From the NCBI RefSeq assembly GCF_009914755.1, contig NC_060925.1: DNA of 64,000 nucleotides; one strand, written 5' to 3'. The notes under the pieces are model-generated. The model was not told the origin of the DNA and did no database searches. It saw only the letters and a list, made by a program, of their open reading frames with translations. Every line of letters starts with the position of its first letter. The first letter of the stretch is position 1. This document shows, one piece after another, positions 1 through 13,194 of the stretch. This DNA comes from the human T2T-CHM13v2.0 reference genome, Homo sapiens. The position numbers were made by a program, and so were the translations under genes.

Positions 1-1974
1 AGACTTAAAATGCTTGGTACTTAGCCCCCAACACATAACTTTGTTCTTAGCATTTTCAGCAAAACTTAGAAGAGCTACATGGCCAATTCTGAAGAGTCTT
101 AGTTTTTCTTCAATGAAGTGCTTTCAGGGATCTAAACATAAATTGCTGCCACACAGAGTAGTGAAGGGAATTATAAAGCATTTACATTTCACCATTCATG
201 ACTGTTACGCCTCTCTCAGAATAGACAGTTGGGAAATGATTGAATGAAACAAGAAATGGCCAAGCCACACCACGTCCTCCGCTTGTGTGTTTCTTGTATT
301 TAAGGATTAAGGCCTCCTACCCTGTGACATCATTGTTGCCACTACAAACAGAACCATCTGCCATCGAGTGGGGAAGCCAGTCATTCCCTAATGTGCAAAA
401 ATACTTGGTTGAACTCCTGAAACTTATTTGGTAGATCAAAAGCTGCACTGCTGTGGAATGCAATAAACTCCATCTGTTTGAAGTATTTTCAGCAATATTG
501 CACTACTTGGGAGAACCAGGGTCCCATTATTCTCTAAAATAAGACTTTTATTCCCGGTAAAATTCCCAGTGGGGATCTTTATTGCCTTATTGAACAGTTG
601 GCATCATTTTTAAAAAGGACTCTTTTTTTCCCTTCATTCGTTCTTATGCCATTATTTATGTCTCAGATAAGCCAGGGTGTTAACGGTTATATCACGGCAA
701 CTCACAATGCCAAGAAACTTCTCTTCACTATTTTATCAGTGTCTTTAAATTTATGTTTTCTTTATTAAATATGATGGTCCCTGGATTAGGCATTTCCCTA
801 GAGTCACGAATTGGCATTGTTTTCCAGAAAACACACTCTCCTGGGATCATTACCTTTCCGCTCTCCAGAAAATATCTGTATATATTATTTCCCCCTTCAC
901 ATCCTCAACTTAAAACTAAATGCCAAATCTACAGCCAGACCTGTGACTCCGCCCTGTTCTAGGTCTCCACAGATGCACACACTTTACTCACAGCTCTCTT
1001 CCACCCTGTGTCTCAGCGAGAAATTCCTTCTGGGCCCCTTGTGAGAAGAGTTCAGATCTGTTCCCGGCCCATATCCCATCACGTCTCCCCCACAGGATCT
1101 GACCTTGTGAGGACTTGGGCTGCCCCGGGAGTAATGAATCACCGTCTTATTTTTTTAGGCCATATGTGAGTTAAATTGTTTGATATAAATCATACTCTTG
1201 CAGCTCAGGGTTGAAACAGGAGAGCCATTTGCCCTGCCGCCTGCTGCTGGCGGTTCTGTGTCTTTACCCAGAGTGTCGCTTTTAGAAATGACTACATTTT
1301 TGTGACTAACCTTTCCAGACCCATTTCTTGAGTGTGGACTCATGTTTGTTTTGGCAGCATCCCCACTATACAGTCCTTGCTTCCCATGCCAACCTAAGGC
1401 AAAACTCATAATTTACAAAATAAAGGAATGGTCCAGATGGAGGTCGTAACTTGGTCTGCTTACCCTGTCTCCCTAGAACCACCCACTCCTTTCCTCTGCT
1501 CTCTTTTCCTTCTTTTTTTTTTTTTCCACCTTCTTTGAAACCAAGGATGCAGTGTTTGTTTAAAAATGCACTGGCTGATGAAATTTTCCACTGCTTGGCA
1601 TGTTGGAGGAGGAGCTGTCAGGAAAGGGCAAGCCGGCACACAAAATGCTCTGCCTTTCACGCTAACAGTTCACTTATTACTGATTCAAACCAATTCTTTC
1701 TGGCCACGTTCCCATACCCCAGGTATTCCAAATAGAAAGAAAGGGGGCAACTGTTCTAAGTTTCTGCTGTTATAAATGTATGATTTCATGTAACCTATGT
1801 GGATTCTTTGACTTGTCCATGAGCTCTGGATGCTGTATGTGTATGTATGAGATGTCAGTGAATAGTTAAATCATTTGTTTTGATTTCACTCTAGCAAGAA
1901 AAACCTCATTTTATTTTTTTTAATATCCAGAGAAAGTAGAAGAAAAAACCCTCATAATTTTAAAATAAATTTCT

Positions 1975-2148
1975 GTTTAACATATTTCTCTTTCTTTTCC
2001 TTGCGGCTACATGCATAGGGGAACAACAAAGTAAGTTATTTGTCCTCTTGCAGCTCTTCTGTCCCCCCAGCCCCTGCTCCGCTCCTGCATGTCTTGACAA
2101 GAGTGTTCCTGTGCATGCTGGAATGACTGTCATCTGTTACAGTGCACG
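1975..2148 (+). promoter_or_regulatory. Microexon splicing-regulatory flanks (UGC motifs upstream, UGCAUG motifs downstream)
   Basis: TGC at 2002-2004 and 2012-2014 between the pyrimidine tract and the AG. TGCATG at 2086-2091 and 2112-2117, TGCACG at 2143-2148. Confidence 0.7.
2019..2030 (+). CDS. DNM3: Dynamin-3 12-nt alternative microexon encoding GNNK (between PH domain and GED)
   Basis: Pyrimidine tract tttctctttcttttcctt, then tgcatAG|GGG AAC AAC AAA|GTAAGT (consensus donor 2031-2036). Phase 0/0, joins in frame to the exon at 57742. Matches the recalled DNM3 isoform difference PDKSV(GNNK)AENDENG. Confidence 0.92.
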
Positions 2149-5100
2149 AATTATATGGGGTGTGCAAATTTGGGGGAAAATGTGCATTTGCACTACCATA
2201 ATGGCTGTTCCGTTTTGACTTTTGGGAAGGGAAACATTCTATCCTTCAGGGTCTAATGGCTAGTTCAGAGAGGTTGACATTATAAGGAAAGAGCTCCCAC
2301 ACTAAAAGAAAAGATTTTGAAGATTTAATAATGAGGACCCTTCTGCAGAAGGGGTACAGCAATAGGATGGAATTCAGTGCAGCTGAAGTTTTTGACTAAA
2401 AATCAAACCTCTTATGTTAATGTGCAGTTACAAAAACCCCAAACTGGAGTCTTAAATAGCAGTATGGCTGGCTTTGTTGACGAAACTGAACTAGATCAGT
2501 GTTCTGGCTTTGAAGGTGCCTTAAAATGGATGGAGGAGGGTGGGGTCAACATTTCACTTGGCTTCTGTGCCCTTGATGTCTTCCAGCTGGATGGAAGCAG
2601 AAGGGTGTGGGGAATGCAGGGGGTGGCCAAAATGTGTATGATAGCTTTGTGAAACCAGGCAACACACAGGAATGGTGGAAATTATTTTAATGTTGTTGTT
2701 ATAATAGATCAATGAGCAATTTAATAGTTCATGGGGTTGCTAGTTTGTTTAAATTTTAATTCAACTTTTCCAAAAGATTAGAACTATTTCTCACTTATAT
2801 TAGAAATGTAATAGTAATGTAGTTTGAGAAGATGGTCTTACGTTTAGTTGGGCGATTTGTTTTCTTATTTTTTCTATGGAGATACATTAGTGCTTCACCC
2901 TACCAGGTGGCCCACTTAAAACGGGCCTCATTGAATACAATAAGAATTGAAAAGAATCTGTTATATAAGAGTTGGCCGGCATATTCAAACCAGCTGGAAT
3001 TCGTCAAAATTTCTGTTCATAAGCCATACATATAGAATGTAAAACAAATGTGGGAAATCTTTTGCAGTTTAATCTGATGGAATGTGCTATTATGGAATAA
3101 GTTGACATACATGGTTGGTATTGAAAATGTGTCACTTTATAAATTTATATCTTGATATAACTGCTTATAACCCAAGTAATAATATATAATAAAGTATTAC
3201 CAGAAAAGCACAAGACAGGCATTTGTGAAGGAGTAAAGAGGTGAACTCAGTCGACTTATAGTATGATTTTTAAAAACAGCAGGTAACTTTTGAAATTGAT
3301 TAAAGATTTCTTCCACAAAGTAATGGCTAATATTTATAACTAATTCCACCACTCTTTGAAAAGACATTTGGAAAAAATATAAAAACCAATATTTTTAGTT
3401 CTTATACCATAAAATATACTTCAATTATTGAATAGTACGTATGTCGAATCCTGGTCACTTGCATTGCACTGAGTCTCTGTATGAAATTTCTTGTACTGCA
3501 TTTCTTATTTGCAAGCAAAACAAAACAAAACAAAACTTTAAAAAGTACCCTGGACTAATTGTGAGTGTGCTAACAGGGAGCCTGTGCATGCTGAAGACCA
3601 GGGAGCCAGCTGCTGACATTTTGGGGGAGGTGCTAACTCTCAGACCACTCAAGAAGCATTTAGGATTTGTCTCTTTCACTAGTGGATTCACCGATGAGTT
3701 AAGAACATTTGTAAAATTCACTCCCCACACACACACCAAGAAGAAACCCACTTCTCCTTACCAGAAGCCATCCATTTGTTGTGTCATATTTGATTAAGTT
3801 CTTCTGGATCCAAAAAATATTCAGTTTAATACATTTTACTGATTTTCAAGTCACTAAATACAATGAGAAAATTCAAAAATTTAAAATTACGGCTCATTAA
3901 GGGTTTCCCTAGGATGATGCAGAAGGCTCTTCAGGGTCTCCAGCTGCCCTCGGTCACCAACTGTATCTGAACGCTTGCGCATGTGCTATGAGGACAGCTT
4001 TGGGTGCTCCTTAGAGGGCGAGTGTTAGTTGAAGAGTATCAAAGATGCAAGTACTTACTGTTTTGATTTCGAATTAAGGAGTGAGCACTTTGGAGGTGCT
4101 AGTATTTATTGCCCCATGCCTTATTTTTAATTGTTTGTTATGAATAAGTGATAGTTTGTGGAAAATATAATGCTTATACTTTTTAAATATGATCATTATA
4201 CTGACCATAGACTCTGGCATAAAAAAAAAGCCTCCTCAAATCACAAACAGCACATCTGCATGTTATTTTCCTGTAGCTTAGAATTTCAGTATAAATGGAA
4301 AATACTGGAATACAAGCTGTGCTGTCTCCGGAGTATAGATCTGGATTCTTCAAAAGGAGAATATGAGATTCCTTTTTTCCTCCCATGCTGGAATGCTTGT
4401 TCTGAGTTGTCCCCAAGGCAACATACCTGAATTGTTGCCTGCCATATACGTGAGCCAGCTGTAAAGTGTGACTCATTTTAGACTTGCAAAGGCTTATTGT
4501 TTATCTAGTGCATGGCATTTTATTATATATGCTATTAACCAGACTCTAGAGCAAATGAAGTCTGCCCAAATTAATGTTTCCTTAGATGAGCAGGACAGAT
4601 TCATCTTTCCACATACATTAAGAGTAGTGCACACACATGTGCACATATACATATAACCTGGGGTATATGGAACAATCCTGCTATTTGTTCTCTCAAAGAC
4701 AGCCAAATTGATCTGCTTCATCCATCTTTAGACTATATTTAAAGTTTGGGAGCTAATCCTCTAAACTCCAAGAAAACTAACTTCTACAATAGATGTGCAT
4801 TTAGATTCACATTATGAATGCATGACGGAACAAAACATCAAGGTTCACATTCTTCCTGCACAATCATATGTATGTTGTTATTTCTCCTTGAAAAGCACAT
4901 TTTCCTTTTGTGAGGAGATCACAGTTGCTCAGGAAAAATTTTCCTTCCAGGCCTGTTACTTATTTTTCCCTTTGAAAATGTTTTCGTGTTGGCATAGTGA
5001 TTTCCTAAATTGCTCAGGGTAGAGTCTATCTCCTCCTAAGATGGGTTTCCCTGGACCACAGATTCCAAGTCAATGTCTTCATTAGAAAGACCAGAATCCA

Positions 5101-7085
5101 GGACACCCTGAGTCAGTTCTGGGAATGTGAACAAATATGTACAGAAACAGGGAGGTTATTTTGTTTTTTAAACTTGTTTCTTGAGTACAAATGTAAATCA
5201 GAATGTTATTTTCAGAATGGAGGCCTTAGGTAAAAAATTAACCTCCATGTTGTGTCTTAGACACAAGCCATTTGATTTCCTTTTTGAATGTGATGGCTTC
5301 TCTTGGTGGACAATTTTAGAAATTTCATAGACTTTTAATTTAATTTTTTATTAAATACTTGACGTTTCAGTTAAATATTTTTGATATTAAATTAGGCAAG
5401 TTAAAGGTAGAGAAAATCTTAACATGTAAGGAATATAAATATATCAAAAGCCCTAAAAGTTTTTAACGATGTTGGTATAGATACACAAATGAAAACTAAA
5501 ATGAATCCTAGATTCAGAAATCAATGCTTCAAAAAGTTTTAGGTTACAAGGAAAAGCCACATGTAAGCTCGTGCCTTGTGAATCCTTTGTTGCTTTTAAA
5601 AAAGAAATTTATAATCACTTAACTTCAGTATTGTTAAACTAAAGGACTCTTATATTTTCCCCCACAGAATTTAAGGCTGACTGTATTGCTTAGAGAGAAG
5701 GATCATTTTAAAGGAGAAATAGAACAGAAACATGCTAAAACAGAATTTTAAAATTGCTAATTAAATTCTAGTTAGGTTAAAAGCAAAAATTTTATACATA
5801 TTGGAGGGCCTTGATATTTAAGAAAAGAAGAATGAAAGGAAAATTAGATGAATAACTGTTTTTACAACATTTAAGAAACACTTTGTCTAGTGATTTCCTA
5901 ACACGTTCAGCAAGGCCAGTGGACAAGGTCAGCCTTCATTCGTGGGAAAAGTGGTTATCACTGGGAGTGATTATTTTGGTGATCCATTGGATTCTAGCAC
6001 TCATTTGCAAAGATAAAATTTACCAAGTCAAATGGCACCAAAGTATATATATTGAAGAGCAAAGATATTAAATCCATATTAATTAGTTATGCCTCTTTAC
6101 ACCAAGCCCTCAACTCCTAAATTATTGTCCTTGGTCGTATGTGAGAGAAAGTAGATAGCCACTGAAAACTCATCCTCACAATGTGAAAATGTCTTTCTGA
6201 TGATGCGTGTTATAATCATGGTGAATGAAAGGAGCAGAGAGTACAGTGTCATAATGTACATTTTCTTTGTATAATATTAAATGCATGACCAAAAGTCAGA
6301 ACACTCTAAGCAATTTAGGTATGGTCAGCTCAATTATTTTATTTCAATAATGTGTGTGCTTTCCCTGATTTTCTTAGAAAACTTAAGCCAATACATGCCC
6401 TGGGGTCTAAGGAACACCGTCCCCCACCACCTGGTTGACTAAATTTATGCATAACCCAATAAGGACATCATTAGAGTTAAAAGAAAGGATGAAAATTCCC
6501 TAGCCTCAAAGTGTTATTTTAGTTCCATGTGAATATAAAAAAAAATTGTCTGTCAATCATTGCATCACCAGTAAACCTTTGCTTCTGTTTTTGGCAAATC
6601 AGCCTTAAAAGAGCATTGTTAAAGCCTTATTTTTGAATCCCCTCACTTTAATAGTAAACTGTTGGGAGAAGGAACAGTTTAATTGAGGGTAGAAAACTTC
6701 TAGAAGCAAATTGGAATCTATATTATGTTCCCAAATTTATTGATCATGCTAAATAGACTCTATAGAGAAGCAAGAATTGATCTGCTGCTGCTTAGAAAGC
6801 TTATAGTAGATTATAATACAGGGATTTCTTAAGGGTCATTAGGGCTTGTTTATATATTTTTATTTTCTCTGTTGGGTCGAAAATGAAGTGACCTCTCTAG
6901 TTAATAGGAAATAATGTTTAGGACTTCATAGCTGTTTCAACATATTTGCTCTCACATATTGTAATGTACACATCCCAATATTGTAGACATCTCCTTTCTG
7001 CATGCTTCATGATATTTTTAATGGAACTGGTTTAACACTGCTCCAAAACAAGAGTCGTTCATGCCTGTTTTGAAAGCATAATATC

Positions 7086-7497
7086 TGGATAATGAAAATG
7101 TGGCACATATACACCATGGAATACTATGCAGCCATAAAAAAGAATGAGATCATGTCCTTCACAGCAACATGGATGGAGCTGGAGGCCGTTATTCTAAGTG
7201 AATTAATGCAGTAACAGAAAACCAAATACCAAATACCAAATACCACAGGTTCTCACTTGTAAGTGGGAGCTGAACATTAAGATCACATGGACACAAAGAA
7301 GGGAGCAAGAGACACCGGGGCCTACTTGAGAGTGGAGTGTGAGAGGAGGGCGAGGATCAAAAAATTTCCTATCAGGTACTATGGTTATTACCTGGGTGAT
7401 GAAATAATCTGCACACCAAACCCTGTGTCATGCAATTAACCTATATAACAAACCTGCATATCTACCCCCTGAGCCTAAAATAAAAGTTAAACAAAAA
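7086..7497 (+). mobile_element. 5'-truncated L1 3' end (L1PA15/16-like)
   Basis: End of ORF2 and 3'UTR (caccatggaatactatgcagccataaaaaagaatgagatcatgtcc ... cctaaaataaaagttaaa). Diverged TSD gaaagcataatatc (7072-7085) / gaaaacattttatc (7498-7511). Internal (accaaat)x3. Confidence 0.9.
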
Positions 7498-7524
7498 GAA
7501 AACATTTTATCATGAAGTATGAGT

Positions 7525-7668
7525 TTATTCATTTATTTATTTATTTACTTTTAGAGACAGGGTCTCGCTAAGTTTCCCAGGCTGGTCTTGGACTCCTGGG
7601 CTCAAGCAATCCTCCTGCCTCAGCCTCCCAAAGTCCTGGGATTACAGGTGTGACCCATCATGCCTGGC
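7525..7668 (-). mobile_element. Free left Alu monomer (FLAM_C-like)
   Basis: (ATTT)n tail followed by agagacagggtctcgct...ctgggattacaggtgtga...tgcctggc. Single arm only. Confidence 0.85.
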
Positions 7669-7849
7669 TGATTTTAAAAGTTACCTTGTGATAAGCATTG
7701 TTTTGAAATTTAAACCCTTACAGAGTATTTCTATTAAAAATTAAGAATTTGTGTTTTTTTTTGTTTTTAATGTTAATGTGGTTATGGTACTGTATGGTAA
7801 AATCATTCAGAATCATTGCAGTAGGGAGGGTTTTAAAGCCTTCTGTCTA

Positions 7850-9300
7850 TCTTTGGCAGATCAACTGAGCAAAAACCAAGATAAAAAAGGATGTGAATGG
7901 TATAAAAAATAAGTGAGATTCAAAAGATATATATGTGCATATTTAAAGGATATATGAATATTGAATGTCTGGTAAAATACAGAAAACTAGAGCTGTATAG
8001 AAAAATTTAAATGTAAAAACCTATCTATTTACAAGTGAAAAAATACATTCCAAAATAGATCCAATGGAAATTAGTATTTAACTTACAGACTATTTGGAAT
8101 ATAATAATAGTGAAAACACTATACAGGCTACAACCAATACTATACAAAGAGAAAAATTAATTTGAAAATGAATTATTTGTTTAATGGAAGTCAATAAAAT
8201 TAGGAGATTGGAAAGAGAGCAACTGCAACCTGATGAAAGAAAGAAATTCATTAAGTAAAAATTAATGAATTAGAAAATAGCAAAAGAAAAACAAGAAAGC
8301 TTAAACTACATACAAATTTAAAGCTTTCGTATGAGACAGTAGAGTTAAAAGGCAAAAGACAAACAAGTAAAATACCTGAAGCATATATGACAAAGGATTA
8401 AATATTCTCAAAATAGAATTATCCCTATTCAGTTTATTAAAAAAGCTAAAACAAAAAAAGCAAAACAAAGCAAAGAACACTACCTACTAGGAAAAAAGGA
8501 AGGGGGCCAAATCAATAGAGCATTTAGAAGCCCTCCTAGCCCCTGCAAAAGGACTAATTAATATATGACAAAAAGTTTCAATTTCACTAGGAACCAAGAA
8601 GTGTAAATTAAAACAGCCAGCCAGACATCATGATTGGGCTTTCAGATTAGGAGATATGAGAAAGAAGGTCGTGTGATAGGTGGTAACGAGGAAGCCGTCC
8701 TCCTTGTGTACCACACATGTTGCCGACTCTGCATGTAGCCTCCCTGGAGGCCAGCTTGAGACTCTGCATTAAATGCCTTGGTTAGGCGCAAACCTTATGG
8801 CTCAGCAATTCCACTCTTCAAAGTTTATTTTTATCAAATGATTCCATAATTGTGCAAAGAAATTTGTTCAAAGATGATTTTGAAACATTGTTCATAATTA
8901 CCAATGTTTTAAAACAGCATCAATATCCATCATAGAAAATTGGTTGAATAGAGTATGGTATATTGATTCAACAAAATGCTATGAAGCAAAGCATTTTTAT
9001 CTTTAAAAATATAAAGATATATATATAGAAATTTTCATGATAAATTAACAAAACATTGTGCATGCCATAGGTAGCATAATTCCATTTTACTTAAAAAATT
9101 TTACATAGGATGAGATATATACATATATGTTTGCACATAGAAACTACCTATTGTGTACTATGCTCACTACCAGGGTACAAAATACCCATGTAACAAACCT
9201 GCATATGTACCCCATGTATCTAAAATAAAGTTGAAATTTTAAAAATAAAGAAATTCTGGTACAGAATTTACACCAAAATTTTAACAGCATGAGCAATATT
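7850..9300 (+). mobile_element. Ancient fragmented L1 (L1M-type ORF2 and 3' relics)
   Basis: A-rich degenerate L1 motifs (gttaaaaggcaaaagacaaac, tatgacaaaggatta, ctcagcaattccactct). Confidence 0.6.
9141..9247 (+). mobile_element. Short L1PB-type 3' end nested in the older L1
   Basis: aaactacctattgtgtactatgctcactacc...gtaacaaacctgcatatgtacccc...taaaataaagttgaaatt. Confidence 0.8.
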
Positions 9301-10861
9301 AATTTGTGGTCCTGTGTTGTTTTCTCATTTTTATGTGATAACCATCCTTTGTGTAACTTTCAAAAAAAGGTTTTGAAATACACAAAAAAATGAAGAGGAA
9401 GATACTTAAATAGAGGATGGTGAGAAAGAAAGAAAAGTATAAAATGGTGAAAACAGAATATCTAGGAGGAGAAATATGTACCATAAAAGAAATAGATTAA
9501 ACTTTACAAGAAAATAGATTAACTTTTATATGAATGTCAAAGATACATGTGGAAATTAACTTTAAAGTGGAAACTAAGCATCTGAGACCCTACAAGCTTG
9601 ACATAATTATGTAATCATGTTTATTATGATTATTTTTGTTGTGATTATACAGATTTTGTTACCTCTTTTCCGTTTACTCTGCCTGTGCAAATATGTTATT
9701 TTCCTCACTGAATTGCATATTGTTGAAGGACTATATTAGGAGTCTCCAAATGCTCACATTCCCTCATTCATTGCCTATTGCTTTCAATAGTGTCTTTGTT
9801 TCAAATGCTCAAATTCCATGAGATGAAGCCTCCCCATCTTCCTGGACCAATCGTTCTTCCTTAAATTCCAGTTTCCTACCTGTCAGCGCTGTTGACTACT
9901 ATGACTGTGTTGTGTGTAATATACAAATAATGTATACTGTCTAAGGATTATCAGTGAGCCATTTCATGACCTAATTTCTGGCTCTTGATTTTTCTGCTGT
10001 TTTAAAAATCTCATTGAGGTTTAAAGATAACATATAATATTAGGCTAGCAGAATAATTATGTAAAATTTAAATGTAAAAGTCAACTCATTTGCCTTGAAC
10101 CCATTTATTTATATAATTAAATGTATACTCTTAATGTTGAAAAAGCATGATGACAATTGAAATACCAAGATCAGAATTAGAGTCCCACTAAGAAATGCTC
10201 CCTTTAGGAAAAACAATTATTTCTTTTGATTTCAGCCATGAGCAGCACTTAATATACGTTTGCTAGGCACCCCACCAGACACCTCCAGTGAAACAAGAGC
10301 AGAAAGGCTTAGAGGTATAAAGTGTCTGGTTCCTATGTAGTATATTTAAGCACAAACAGATTAAGGCTGATGGCAGTAAAAGCCAGTGACTTAATCTGAC
10401 TCTAAAGAATAAACAGAGTTTAGAAAGAAATTAAAATTGAAGAGAACATTTTGAATACATATGACAGAAAAAAGTTACTATTTTACTACTGTCAAAGTTT
10501 GATGAGTTCTTACAAATTAATAAGGAAAGAAAAAACAGGGAAGTGGTGTTTAGGTGGAAAGTCAGAAGGCTGCTGTGTCAGTTCAGGGGAGAGATGATGA
10601 TGGCTTGGGTTAGGGTCACAGCAGTAGAAATAGTGAGAAGCAGTTGGATTCAGGGTATATTTTGTAGAGCCAATCTTTTGAATTACTGATGGATTTGATA
10701 TGAAAAAATGAGAGAAAGGGCAAAATCAAAAAAAAAGCTTATTGGGTCTTAGACAATGGGTACATGTTAGTGCCATTTAATAATGTAAGGAAAGGAGAAA
10801 GTGGAATGGAACATTTAGTTTTAACCATGCTAAAGTTTGAGATGCCTAGTACACATGAGTT

Positions 10862-11562
10862 TCTAGTCAGGATAGAGTAAGTTACAATGCTGTAACAAAC
10901 AACTCCTCAAATCTCAGTAGCTTCAAACTACAAGATTTATTTCTTGCTCAAGCTGCATATTCATCTGAACATTCATCATCAAGTTGGCTGGGGCTCCTCT
11001 TTTTTTACTTTTTTCTGGAGATGGAGTCTCACTCTGTCACTGAGGCTGGAGTGCAGAAGTGTGATTTCAGCTCACTGCAACCTCTGCCTTCTGAGGTAAA
11101 GCAATTCTCCTGCCCCAGCATCCTGAGTAGCTGGGACTACAGGTGCATGCTGCCACATCCGGCTAATGTTTTGTATTTTAGTACAGATGGGGTTTCACTC
11201 TGTTCTCCAGGCTGGTCTCGAACTCCTGAGCTCAGGCAATCGCCCACCTTAGCCTCCCAAAGTGCTAGGATTATAGGCATGAGCCACCATGCCCGGCCAG
11301 CTGGGGCTTTTCTCTTTGTTATTCTCACTGCAGGACCCAGGCCAGTAGGATTATTGCCTATCACTATGGCAGACAAAATGAATGAGTAGAGAATCACACA
11401 CTGGCTATTAATGCTTCACACTGAAAGTAACATGTTATTTCCACACTCCTTTCATTGTCTAAGGCAAGCCACATGGTTACACCTAAATTCAAATGGACAG
11501 GAAGTACAATCCTGCTAAGTGCCTTGAAGGAGAACCAGATATTTGGATGACTCTCACTATCC
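10862..11562 (-). mobile_element. MLT1 (J/K/L-type) MaLR solo LTR, split by an Alu
   Basis: tagtcaggatag...tgctgtaacaaacaactcctcaaatctcagtagcttc ... gcaagccacatgg ... gaaggagaaccagatatttgg. Confidence 0.75.
11000..11298 (-). mobile_element. Full-length Alu (old S/J type)
   Basis: Dimeric Alu in reverse. TSD core gctggggct at 10987-10995 and 11300-11308. Confidence 0.95.
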
Positions 11563-12822
11563 AAATGGCGACATCTTCTAGGCAGTTACATATGTAAATC
11601 TAGAGTTCAGGGAAGATGTTTGCAGACAGAGATTTAGAAGTTGTTACGTATTTAAAATCTTGGCACCTAGGAAGAAAGTGCAGAAACCAAAAATAGAGAG
11701 CTGAGGACAAAATATCTATCCTTTAAAAATATATTAGAAGAGGAGAAACCAGCAAAATAGACTGAAGAAGAACAGGAGAGTGTGTGTATGTGTGGTGTGT
11801 ACAAGTGCTTCTGTATTTATATGAGCATATAAACAAGCATAAAAATGGGTTTGAAGAATTAGGGATTCTTGTGAATTTTTTAGACATTCATTTGTTAATG
11901 CGTTCATGTATTATTAACTTGAAATCTAATAAGTTAAGACAAAACTGTTACACTAAAAGTGTTTGTGGGAAGGTGGTGGCGGGGAGCAGTAACATTTAAG
12001 TAGACTGAACAAGTGAGTATAAGGCACTTGTAGGAAGCTAGAAGACCAGGTGAGCATATGCCTAGACCCAGTTAGTAATGAGTATAATTGCATCGAAGCC
12101 GTACACCTGCATATTAAAATTAAGCAATCTGAATAGATGGAGCAGGCAGACAAATATCCCAGAACAAAACCCAAAATAAGTCACTTATTTAGGACCCTAT
12201 TTTTTAAAGAAACTATAAGCAAAGAGAACTAGCACATTTTAACTTAAAACTGTAGTTGTTTCTAAAGCATTTTCATTTTGTTTATCATGCCTCAACTTGA
12301 TGCATATTATCTTAATCCAGAGGTAAAAAGGAATTTTTTAAATTATTGGAATATGCAGAATCTAGTAAACAAAGTTGTAAAAAGAAAACAATAATATTTA
12401 AATAAGGGTTCAGAAAATATATTCAGTTGCATCCCAACTAACTGAGTTATCCCTAAAATAGAAAAGGCTAATATTATTTAGGGATATCTAATTGTGAAAC
12501 AAAAGGATATTAAAGACCAGCTTTGCATAATGACAACACACATTCTTCAACATAAAATATTATTGACTATGAATTGAAGAAAAGTTCTGATTGAGACATT
12601 TTAATTTTCTTCTTTGACGTAATTAGCCATTAGTCTCATAAATTTTCTCATTTTATATCACAAGGGCTTTAAAGAGAGTTGGTGACACTTCTAGGGATTA
12701 GGTCAAAAATAAAATCTTAACTAAAGATCAAAGAGCAAAATAGAGCCTTAAGAAAGGATCAGCTTTTCGAAATAGTTCTGTCACCACAATTAATCCCCCA
12801 ATTAAGAAACCGAAAAAATACA

Positions 12823-12962
12823 CAGATTCACCTTGACTTATAATGCAGTTACTTCCCAACAAACCCATCATAAATAGGAGAGTGTACTGAATGGATACCA
12901 CTTTTATACTATCTTAAAGTCAAAAAATTTAAGTGGAGCCATCATAAATTGGAGACTGTCTA
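12823..12962 (+). mobile_element. MER47/Tigger5-type short DNA transposon relic
   Basis: cagattcaccttgacttataatg...aaacccatcataa ... catcataaattggagactgtcta (degenerate terminal inverted repeats). Confidence 0.7.
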
Positions 12963-12982
12963 TATATTGTTTCCACATAGAC

Positions 12983-13194
12983 CAGTGATTCTCAACCAGG
13001 GGTGATTTTTCTCTCCAGGGAACTTTTGGTAATGTCTGAAGACATTTTTGATTGTCAGAATGGGAAGTTACAACTGGCATTTAGTGGGTTGAAGCCAGAG
13101 GTGCCGCTGAACATCCTATGATGCACAGGACATCCTCTACAACAAAGAATTATCCCATCAAATGTGTCAATAGTGTCAAAAATGATAAACCCTG
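12983..13194. mobile_element. MER20 hAT-Charlie element
   Basis: cagtgattctcaaccaggggtgatttt...aatgtctgaagacatttttgattgtca...aacaaagaattatc...gataaaccctg. Confidence 0.85.

Larger units (their letters stand above)
10540..11785 (-). mobile_element. L2 relic interrupted by an MLT1 LTR
   Basis: Purine-rich L2 motifs (gagatgatgatggcttgg, aagtttgagatgcctagtaca) stop at ~10857 and resume at ~11565 (taggcagttacatatgtaaatctagagttcaggg). Confidence 0.75.

Noticed and set aside
2162-2193. 8-bp hairpin gtgcaaat/atttgcac downstream of the microexon
   Set aside because: Too short to distinguish from chance without covariation data.
11021-11389. 122-aa ORF ([12 protein letters not shown]...)
   Set aside because: Translation of an antisense Alu.
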